Virus record (IMG/VR): IMGVR_UViG_3300034152_000556
Span: 1 to 64,000 of that record
DNA from: a virus
DNA length: 64,000 nt
Strand: one strand, 5' to 3'
Position numbers and translations under genes: made by a program. The notes beneath the pieces are model-generated. The model was not told the DNA's origin, did not search any database, and was given only the letters and a program-made list of their open reading frames with translations. This document shows, in pieces, positions 48,291 through 56,267 of the stretch (its first letter is position 1; every line of letters starts with the position of its first letter).

Positions 48291-49138
48291 CAAGCAGCTC
48301 CAGTTTCAGGTATTAAAACAATATACCCATGATTGTGTAACGATATCAGATATGATGGATATTCACATGGTAATGTTAATAGAGACGTTAGACTACTTAC
48401 CACATCATAACCAGTTTTCAAAGTGTTTTGTGGTATTTTTGTCTGTGATATCGGTTGTTCCTGACTCCCAACGAACACTTCAATATCACGTTTTCTATTT
48501 TCTTCAATGATTGGTATGATGTTAGTTGGTAAGTTTACGATCTGTTGCGCTTCAGCAGCGCATTCGTATACAACTTCACCATATTTCGGTTCGATTTTCT
48601 TTAGATAATCCAGTTCATATTTCTGAATGGATTGTGTTTTTATTAGCTGTCTGATGGTCTGATTAGAGACCAGCATTGATACAATAAAAGCAGCATTGCG
48701 AATGTCATCTTTTCTTAGATCAACAAGATATCTGCCGTCCTTCTGTTCTTTATATGATACATTCTTACGACAGTCAACGATAACATACCGAGAAGATATT
48801 GAAACTCTGACATCAATTATATCTTTTCGATCACAAATAATATCCCTGCAATCAAAAACGATATCGCCTTCTGGTATCTTAGTTTCACCTTCTATAAAAG
48901 TGTCATCAATAGATTTGACAACAACACCGGGATTTTGATGAATGATGATATCAGTTAAAGCTGTAACCTTTTTAACACCAACATCGATGGGTCGATATAT
49001 TGATGTTCCAAGGTTCTTCCACTCAACGGTATCAAAATCGATCAGGGTAAGTTCTTCAGTTTCGTCTAATCGAGATAAGCTATCCGCAAGAAAGCCACCA
49101 AGCGTTCCAAGTCCTGCAATTACAAAAGATTTGTACAC
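48290..49138 (-). CDS. Second ThiF/E1-like protein
   Basis: IAGLGTLGG, LIDFDTVEWKNL, VGVKKV, FDCRD; lacks the usual NxxRQ Arg; ends IVLIPETGAA. Confidence 0.75.
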   Translation of the reverse strand: MYKSFVIAGLGTLGGFLADSLSRLDETEELTLIDFDTVEWKNLGTSIYRPIDVGVKKVTALTDIIIHQNPGVVVKSIDDTFIEGETKIPEGDIVFDCRDIICDRKDIIDVRVSISSRYVIVDCRKNVSYKEQKDGRYLVDLRKDDIRNAAFIVSMLVSNQTIRQLIKTQSIQKYELDYLKKIEPKYGEVVYECAAEAQQIVNLPTNIIPIIEENRKRDIEVFVGSQEQPISQTKIPQNTLKTGYDVVSSLTSLLTLPCEYPSYLISLHNHGYIVLIPETGAA

Positions 49139-49172
49139 TGTTCAAAGCTTCCTCCGATCTGTTTGATGTTTG

Positions 49173-49198
49173 GGGGGATTCCCCTAAGAGAATCCCCC
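49173..49198 (-). terminator. Stem-loop just downstream of the Ubl gene (stabiliser or leaky terminator)
   Basis: GGGGGATTC-8 nt-GAATCCCCC; no U-tract on the minus strand. Confidence 0.55.
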
Positions 49199-49217
49199 GT
49201 CCCGGTAATGACCGCTG

Positions 49218-49703
49218 TTAGCAGCCTTTCTTACCCGCTTTTTTCATGAATTCCAGTTTGTCCTGGTCTTGCAACGTATAGCTGTCGTTGACTTTGCTGC
49301 CATTGACAATGGCATCGGCTGCGGCGTCGATGTTCAGGACATCTCTCAGGAATGCTTTCACTTCACCAACAGGTTTTCCCACTACTGGGAAGTTTCCTGA
49401 AGAAGCACCACATGAAACTTGAATTGTGGTGCTGAAACCGGCTGGACCGGCGCTCTTGTCGGTTTGCACGGTTTTGAATCCTCCGTGCATTTCGCTGATG
49501 GGGCCTGAGCTTGGTGCCGCCACTGCGAAACCGGCTGGAGCGGCGCCCGGTTTGACCGGATTGGATGCTTGGTATTCCAGAATAGCGCTGATCACGACAT
49601 CCTTCGGTTTCTTGGTGATACCGGCGATGCCCATCTCGTGATAAGCCATTCTTTTCAGTTCTTTTGCTGACATGTCTTCTAGTTGTGCTCTTGAGTAACG
49701 CAT
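49218..49703 (-). CDS. Ubiquitin-like (beta-grasp) protein fused to an N-terminal Rho-N/HeH-like domain
   Basis: LEDMSAKELKRMA..MGI....KKPKDVVISAIL; Pro/Ala linker; AIVNG...YTLQDQDKLEFMKKAGKKGC. Confidence 0.8.
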   Translation of the reverse strand: MRYSRAQLEDMSAKELKRMAYHEMGIAGITKKPKDVVISAILEYQASNPVKPGAAPAGFAVAAPSSGPISEMHGGFKTVQTDKSAGPAGFSTTIQVSCGASSGNFPVVGKPVGEVKAFLRDVLNIDAAADAIVNGSKVNDSYTLQDQDKLEFMKKAGKKGC

Positions 49704-50419
49704 ACGTTTTCTCCTTCACTTACTTGCGTAGTTGTGGTGGTTTTTGGTACTTCTCTGACCTTGGCATGGCAAGCCATTTTCTCAATGTCAAAGTAAATTT
49801 CGGAAACATTAGTTTCCGCACGAATAACAACGTTGTAGAAAGCCCAGCACATTAGCGTAGCTACTCCTAGATTTGTAAAATACAGCTGGGGTTCTGATAC
49901 AGATAGTTCTTCACATGACATCTCATGTGGAGACTTATCATCGGGTTCATCGATTTCTGGATGGTATGCACAGAGGTTTGGTGTTAGATCGCGACCCCCC
50001 TTTCGTAGATATATTTGCACATTACCATCTATATAATCGTTCCCCCCTGAGATAAGACTTATATTGTTTAGGGTTGAACAATAGTCTGAGACGAGCTTGC
50101 GTGTCTTATGATTATCGACACACATAAAAATCATACAATCCTCTTTGATAATATCTTCAACGTTTTCTTCTGTGATATATTCTGTAACTGTATCAAATTC
50201 GATATTGTCAAAAATGGCTGAAAGCTCTCTCGCCTTGATGGTGGCTTTTTTTCCAAGATCGAAGAAGTCTTGTCTTTCGAAATTCTTGGCTTCATATGAA
50301 TCACCATCAACAAAGATAAATCTCGCTTGTTCTATGTCATGATTAAAATTGACATAACGAGCGAGTCGTTCGACTAGAATGGTTCCTATACCACCGAGTC
50401 CGATTACCACTATTTCCAT
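49679..50419 (-). CDS. ThiF/E1 ubiquitin-activating-like enzyme
   Basis: IGLGGIG, DGDSYEAKNFERQ, CVDNHKTR, SGGN, SCEEL (candidate catalytic Cys), PQLYFTN. Confidence 0.9.
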   Translation of the reverse strand: MEIVVIGLGGIGTILVERLARYVNFNHDIEQARFIFVDGDSYEAKNFERQDFFDLGKKATIKARELSAIFDNIEFDTVTEYITEENVEDIIKEDCMIFMCVDNHKTRKLVSDYCSTLNNISLISGGNDYIDGNVQIYLRKGGRDLTPNLCAYHPEIDEPDDKSPHEMSCEELSVSEPQLYFTNLGVATLMCWAFYNVVIRAETNVSEIYFDIEKMACHAKVREVPKTTTTTQVSEGENVCVTQEHN

Positions 50420-50431
50420 TCACATTTCTCC

Positions 50432-51925
50432 TTATAGCTTTTTCAGGAATCGATTGAGACCAGATTGTAATCTCGTTCTTAGAGTATTTCCTTGAGTGGT
50501 CTTATCTATGATAACTTGTGGTACTTCTAACTCATGTGAGTCCACACCCGATTTATCAGTTAGAAAATCGCCTGAGTTGAGATTTTCATGAATCAATGCA
50601 AGTGGATCGGTGTAGTCATCTGGGTGTCTTACTTGAACCTCACCTTCTTCTTCTGCGCTTGGGTCATATTCATATAGGTCTTGACCGCCCCTTTCATCTA
50701 GGTCTTCTTGTACATCTTCTTCTGTTGCGTCGAGACTCATCAACATCATTCCAAATTCTAATGCTGATTTTCTGTAGAAACACGTTGAACATGTGTAGTG
50801 GATGCGGTAAAAAGCATCATCCTCCTCGACGCTTCCGGCTGGGTCATCATCGACCGGTTCCGTGCAGACTTCCAATGTCCATTCAAAGGCTTCGTCCCGA
50901 CAAGAGCAATCGCTGCATACGAATTCTCCGGTCGCGTCTTCTGCTTTTGGGTCCTTTCCTTTTGTTGTATCTAGTGCTTTCACTGGTGCTTTCTGTGGAT
51001 GAACTTCATCAAACCTTCGACCCCATTTTGATTCATACCAATCGAATAACCCATCGGGGTCGATTATGGGGTCAGCGCCTGATGCTGGATACATGCCACC
51101 ATAGTGCCCACCATATCCATAACCATAGCCATATGAATATTTGTAGGTTTTCTTTGTGACAAACCCAAGCCAGTTTTCATTGAACTGAATTTGATCTTCG
51201 GGAACTGTAAGCTTGAAACGACAATCCCATTTCCATTCGGTTTTCGGTTTTTCTTGCTTGTTCACTTTTGGCACAAGAGCACCATCTTTCCACACATAGA
51301 CTTGTGCGCCCGCTGACGGGTATGTGGTTACTTTTGATTTCTCTCGTGTCTGTGTGATACCTTCCATATAGTCAAGCGGGTCAACCTTGAATCGCTTTTC
51401 ATTTGCAACAATCGATGCTGTAATACTCACCTCTTCATCTGCAACATTACCGATTGTTATGTGCAAGCCATCAAAGTGTTTTTCATCAGCGATATCAACA
51501 CCAGAGTGAAAGGCTGAGAAGTTAGCGTGACTGTGAATGGTGCCAACTTTCAAATAACCATCAACAGTCAACTGGCGGTCATAGTCAATGGCTGCTGATG
51601 ATACCTCTTGTGTTGGTGGTAGCAGAATGAATAGTTTTGTTTTTGGGTCGTATAGAATCAGAACCATTGATTCTGATTTGTGGGTTGCATATACCCGTCT
51701 GAAGAATGTAACTGTGGTGGCAGTTTTGTCAGCTGGTATCTTTGGTAGATGAACCTTAGCCATTTGTTCGACGGGTTGGAGTGTTGCCACTCCACCGTCG
51801 ATTTTTGTAAGACTTTCCATGATACCAAGCTTTTTCTTCAGATAGAGTCCATCTTTTCCAACGATGTATAGAATATCATCGTTTGGCATCTCTTGTGTGC
51901 CATCATTGATAAAAACTCTAAACAT
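50432..51925 (-). CDS. Prokaryotic JAB/MPN metallopeptidase with long low-complexity/Cys C-terminal region
   Basis: KSE...IHSHANFSAFHSGVD (JAMM E-HxH-S-D); N-terminal YIVGKDGLY...LPKIP domain. Confidence 0.88.
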   Translation of the reverse strand: MFRVFINDGTQEMPNDDILYIVGKDGLYLKKKLGIMESLTKIDGGVATLQPVEQMAKVHLPKIPADKTATTVTFFRRVYATHKSESMVLILYDPKTKLFILLPPTQEVSSAAIDYDRQLTVDGYLKVGTIHSHANFSAFHSGVDIADEKHFDGLHITIGNVADEEVSITASIVANEKRFKVDPLDYMEGITQTREKSKVTTYPSAGAQVYVWKDGALVPKVNKQEKPKTEWKWDCRFKLTVPEDQIQFNENWLGFVTKKTYKYSYGYGYGYGGHYGGMYPASGADPIIDPDGLFDWYESKWGRRFDEVHPQKAPVKALDTTKGKDPKAEDATGEFVCSDCSCRDEAFEWTLEVCTEPVDDDPAGSVEEDDAFYRIHYTCSTCFYRKSALEFGMMLMSLDATEEDVQEDLDERGGQDLYEYDPSAEEEGEVQVRHPDDYTDPLALIHENLNSGDFLTDKSGVDSHELEVPQVIIDKTTQGNTLRTRLQSGLNRFLKKL

Positions 51926-54551
51926 TCATTATCCTCCGAGAATCTACCGGATAGAATTCACTCATTTTCTCGTTTTGGGTGAACATACCTCTGAAGTTTG
52001 GTAATCCGGGTTGTAGGTCAACAATCAATTCTTTCTCTGACATTCTTGGTGGAAGAATGCCATGCGGTAGCGCGTAACTCTTAAACGTCTCATCAAACAC
52101 AAAATAATCATGTGCAAGATTTAGAACTGAACCTAGAGATGCACAGCGCGAATCACCAAGCTTGTTCTGAAAATACATATAATCATAATCTGACTTATAT
52201 GGACCTCCAGTGATTTCAAAGACATCTCCTGGTTGTATTTTGATTTTGTTCATATCAAGTGGCACATGCTGCGTCTTTTGCCATGTCTTTGTACCCATTC
52301 GCATCTTTGTGAAGTTTGCAATCACATCTTCAGCCCAAAGAGTCAAACCATTTGAGCAAAGTACAAGGGGTTCGTCGCAGCCTGTATCTGTGATAAATCC
52401 AATGATGATATTAACATCAGTTTTCGGGAAGTTTTGAATATCATCAACTTTTGCTTTTATTTTCATGCCTGTTTGTAGGGTCTTGTATTTTGTTTTAACG
52501 TGTCTTACTGCCCCCACATCTATATAGCTTTTGTTGCCTTTGATATAGACTTTTTCTGATAACTTTCCGTCTTTGTCTTGCAGAATAAACGAAACAGTTT
52601 GCAATTCATCGTTGACTTTGAATCCCATGATAGTTTTTATCTTCAACATTTCAAGCGGCGTTTCCCAGTTTGCACAGACCACTCGATCACCAACTTCAAA
52701 TTTAATATCTCCATCGAAGCTTGGTATGTTGAGTTTGCTACCATCTATCCATTGTCGTGTAATGCTTGTGAAAGGCACATCTGCTAAACCAGCATTGTGA
52801 TTGATGTAAAAACCATCTGGTGAAGCATATGCAACAAGAACTTCTTTTTTGTGTGAATCTGTTACCGATTTAATAGCTCTTAGCTTATAGTATCGGTTGC
52901 CAACTCTGAATGGCATATTATCTATTTTTTTCAACTTGTTTAGTTGTAGATATGTCACGGTATCTTGATTTTTTGGATCTAGAATATCAATACCACCGTT
53001 TTCATTTTTGAAACGATAAATTAAATCACCAGATGGTGAAACATCTAAATCAACAAATTCTAGATTTTTGAAAGTGCTGACAATTGATGTTGATGTTAAA
53101 GTGTCGTAGTGTTTTCCAGCGTCAAATGAGAGGCAATACTTTTTTCCTGGTTTTATCAAGCGACCGAAAAGTTTTGGTTTTTCAACATTGTACTTCTCGA
53201 TCTCAAGACCATCAACAGCGGTAAAGTACTCATCACCTAAGCGAAACTCAGGTACGCCATTGAACTCTCGAATTGATATTAGCTTTTTAAATAGGGGTTT
53301 CTGGCTTACTGCGGTTTTGACAGTAACGATATCACCAATAGTTAGCTTCTTACCATTGTATTTGATATTTGCTTTTTCTTGCCTTGTCTTCATTTCTTCG
53401 AGAATTTTATCTTTGAGTTTCTTCGTAAGCTGTATCATGCGATATTCTCCATTTGGTTTTTCATATCGCATGTGAGATATATTGGGTGTTCTTGCAGATG
53501 ATAGAAATGATACCACTCTAACTTCTTGATTTTTATGAGTGAAGGTGTCTCCCGGATATAGAAGAAACATCCCATTGCTATCAAGATGTACAACTGCCGA
53601 TGCGTTTTCTTTCAATGGCTGTGGTTTTGTATCATCGGTGATTTCATCTGATGAGAAACTAGTTTTGAAGAATGTTGTAATTCTTGATATATCAGCAGAT
53701 ACGCTAGAATTTAGACTTATATTACGACCACTATTAAGCGTGTATTTGATAGCTGCACCGAGAGTTGCTTTTTTTGCCAACAGCCACCTGACTTTAAATA
53801 TAAACATTGGGTCGTTGATGGTTCGATGTGCCCACTCTATCGGATTTGAGACATACGGTGTCTTTGCTTGATGATATCGATTTGGGTTATACATATAGTC
53901 CGAGTTAAATTCGTTGTTCCAGAAAAAGTGCATATAATTTTGAATGAACACTGCAACGTTTGGATAGTTCGAACCCATACCATCACCTAGACAGCACCAT
54001 AGACCATCGTTTAGATTTGGAAGATTGGCATAAAACATCGGGTCACCCATGCCCATTACTGGCGCTGGTCTGAAATAAACGGTAGAACCACGATAACGGT
54101 TGTTTGAATCAACAATAACAATATGGATGATATATGGAAATGCAAAGTTGATTGTATGTAGTTCTCGTGAGCCGCCTTTGCTATCGAAGTGTTTATCAAT
54201 CACATCTTTCCACTCATCATACATTCCACGGTCTCGTGCGTCTTTAATTTCATTTGCAAAGTTTCTACGCATGTTGACTGTTCTAATTGCTGGTTGTTCT
54301 TCGATAACAACACACTTATTTCCGTGCATATCTTCATATATGTAGCGACAGTTCATGGGAAGGATACCATCGTAGGTAAACTCTCTTGTTGTTAGCCTCT
54401 TCTGTAATTGGTTCAGAAGAATATTTGTTGGAATTATACCTTTCGTAATTTTTGCTTTTGGGTCTTTCCAACTTTCATCTCTATATTTATCTGGAATTTC
54501 GCTGCCGTATAGAACGGCGTACTTCTTGTTCAGCCGAATCTCTTCGATCAT
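51918..54551 (-). CDS. Large prokaryotic E2 (family D/PRTRC-B-like) protein with repetitive beta-rich C-terminal region
   Basis: FAFPYIIH...MFYANLPNLNDGLWCCLG...FFWNNEFN; overlaps the JAB gene start. Confidence 0.7.
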   Translation of the reverse strand: MIEEIRLNKKYAVLYGSEIPDKYRDESWKDPKAKITKGIIPTNILLNQLQKRLTTREFTYDGILPMNCRYIYEDMHGNKCVVIEEQPAIRTVNMRRNFANEIKDARDRGMYDEWKDVIDKHFDSKGGSRELHTINFAFPYIIHIVIVDSNNRYRGSTVYFRPAPVMGMGDPMFYANLPNLNDGLWCCLGDGMGSNYPNVAVFIQNYMHFFWNNEFNSDYMYNPNRYHQAKTPYVSNPIEWAHRTINDPMFIFKVRWLLAKKATLGAAIKYTLNSGRNISLNSSVSADISRITTFFKTSFSSDEITDDTKPQPLKENASAVVHLDSNGMFLLYPGDTFTHKNQEVRVVSFLSSARTPNISHMRYEKPNGEYRMIQLTKKLKDKILEEMKTRQEKANIKYNGKKLTIGDIVTVKTAVSQKPLFKKLISIREFNGVPEFRLGDEYFTAVDGLEIEKYNVEKPKLFGRLIKPGKKYCLSFDAGKHYDTLTSTSIVSTFKNLEFVDLDVSPSGDLIYRFKNENGGIDILDPKNQDTVTYLQLNKLKKIDNMPFRVGNRYYKLRAIKSVTDSHKKEVLVAYASPDGFYINHNAGLADVPFTSITRQWIDGSKLNIPSFDGDIKFEVGDRVVCANWETPLEMLKIKTIMGFKVNDELQTVSFILQDKDGKLSEKVYIKGNKSYIDVGAVRHVKTKYKTLQTGMKIKAKVDDIQNFPKTDVNIIIGFITDTGCDEPLVLCSNGLTLWAEDVIANFTKMRMGTKTWQKTQHVPLDMNKIKIQPGDVFEITGGPYKSDYDYMYFQNKLGDSRCASLGSVLNLAHDYFVFDETFKSYALPHGILPPRMSEKELIVDLQPGLPNFRGMFTQNEKMSEFYPVDSRRIMNV

Positions 54552-54554
54552 TCT

Positions 54555-54929
54555 TTATTCTCCTCGAAAGTATTTCACAAGTTTCGCATACTCCGTTAGA
54601 ATGTTCTTTGCCTTTGCCTCTTTAATATCCCAAGATTTCTTCGGAAATTTTTGAGTTTCTCGTGGGTCAGATTTTATCGCAGCCTTTGGTATTGACCAAA
54701 GTCTTGCAACATAATGACCTATGCTTTCGCGTTCTAATGTTAGATAACACAGTTCGCTATCATAACGACCTGGAACTTCTAAAGTGAGAATGACATTTGG
54801 CCCTTGCGGGGCATATTTTATATTCATATGAGGATGTTCTTCTTTTTCAATTAGGTCGCACATCTCTCTTACTTTATCAAGTTCCTCATCGTATGGTGTT
54901 CCTGCAATGAGTTTTCCTAGTGTTTTCAT
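54555..54929 (-). CDS. Hypothetical protein
   Basis: ATGA-coupled to the upstream gene. Confidence 0.65.
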   Translation of the reverse strand: MKTLGKLIAGTPYDEELDKVREMCDLIEKEEHPHMNIKYAPQGPNVILTLEVPGRYDSELCYLTLERESIGHYVARLWSIPKAAIKSDPRETQKFPKKSWDIKEAKAKNILTEYAKLVKYFRGE

Positions 54930-55234
54930 GCTGGTTTCCTTATTCTGTATCTTACCTTGTCTAACTCTACCCAATCGGCTTGCTTAAATGGAATAGAACG
55001 CCATTCTTGTTTTTCCAAATCAAAGCAATGAATTATTCCATTTTTACGCATTAAATTGACGATTTTCTTAATATTTACAGATTTCGGATGTTGCTTTTTT
55101 GGAATTTGAGTAAAGTCTAAGGTGCATACCATTACTCGAATTGTTCCGTCCTTTTTCTTGAATTTGACAACAGCTTCTTTTGCTTTAGAAAGCTTTTCCC
55201 AAAAATCAAGAGCAGATGTGATTTCATCAGCCAT
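54926..55234 (-). CDS. WYL_2/DUF2693-like SH3 beta-barrel protein
   Basis: VKFKKKDGTIRVMVCTL...FDLEKQEWRSIP. Confidence 0.75.
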   Translation of the reverse strand: MADEITSALDFWEKLSKAKEAVVKFKKKDGTIRVMVCTLDFTQIPKKQHPKSVNIKKIVNLMRKNGIIHCFDLEKQEWRSIPFKQADWVELDKVRYRIRKPA

Positions 55235-56267
55235 CTTTCTTACCCTCCCTTACATCTAGGTGTACTAACCCTGCAACATCATCAGTCATGCTCATAAGCT
55301 GGCATGTATGATTACAGAGTTGACAATAATTTCTTTTATCTCGTATCAGTGCTTCTCTCACTTGATATGATACCTCTCTCCTTTGAACAAACAGATTCAT
55401 TAGAGAGTTATACTTTGGAGTATGTACGCCTCTTATACGCAGACAAAGTCGAATTGAACCATCAGCATCTATGGTAATATTATGAATACCTTGCTCTAAG
55501 AAACAATCTAACTTTGCTGGTAAAATATCAAAAATCTTTTCTAATAGATAATGCTTCATATGAACATTACATTTTCGGTCATCTAGTATTTTTACAAGTT
55601 CACCAGCGAGTCGCAGACTTGGTCTTACCAACTGTTCTGTACCATAAACATTTGAAAAGTCATACCAGCTGTTTTTTGCGATATCGACAAATGTCAAATC
55701 GCTACAGATACCCAAGTCTGAAAGTTTCCTGATAAACCTATGTAGATCAGAAATATCATGTTTCATTACGGTTACTTCAGCAACAAGGTCTTTGATTTTC
55801 GTGTGTTCTTTCAAAACTACTAAATTTGCTAGACCTTCTCGACTCTTTTTTGCTCGATCTGAATTATCAGTTGCTAAAACAGGGTCGATGGATGCTGTGA
55901 AACCTTTTATCTCATCGACACTTCTTAATAGATTGGTGATTCTATCTTGAATGCCTCTTGAGTTGTTGCTTATAATTGTATAATGCATTCTGTTTTCATT
56001 GCAGAAGTTTATTATATCTGGTAAGTCATTTCTTAGTAATGGTTCGCCGCCATAGAAGATATGAAAACAATCTGGGTTGTGCATTTTAAATTGCAACAAA
56101 GCCATCTTGATATAATCCAGCGACATTTCATTTTTATGATAATAAGATGAGATTGGATAGTCACCTTGACCGCCTCCACCGGCTATGATAGCACAGTACT
56201 TGCAGTTTAAATTGCAACGGCGAGTTAGTATCCAATTCACAATTTTGATTCGTTCTTTATTTTCCAA
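55227..56267 (-). CDS. Radical SAM enzyme with Cys-rich C-terminal (SPASM/twitch-like) region
   Basis: CNLNCKYC, YGGEPLLR, C...IDADGSIRLC...CQLCNHTC. Confidence 0.85.
   Translation of the reverse strand: MENKERIKIVNWILTRRCNLNCKYCAIIAGGGGQGDYPISSYYHKNEMSLDYIKMALLQFKMHNPDCFHIFYGGEPLLRNDLPDIINFCNENRMHYTIISNNSRGIQDRITNLLRSVDEIKGFTASIDPVLATDNSDRAKKSREGLANLVVLKEHTKIKDLVAEVTVMKHDISDLHRFIRKLSDLGICSDLTFVDIAKNSWYDFSNVYGTEQLVRPSLRLAGELVKILDDRKCNVHMKHYLLEKIFDILPAKLDCFLEQGIHNITIDADGSIRLCLRIRGVHTPKYNSLMNLFVQRREVSYQVREALIRDKRNYCQLCNHTCQLMSMTDDVAGLVHLDVREGKKDG

Noticed and set aside
48290-50419. ThiF genes as thiamine/molybdopterin biosynthesis
   Set aside because: No ThiG, MoaE or other cofactor genes nearby; E2 and JAB neighbours favour conjugation, though sulfur transfer is not fully excluded.
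55227-56267. Assignment of this radical SAM as QueE
   Set aside because: Longer than typical QueE and has an extra Cys-rich C-terminal cluster; function left open.
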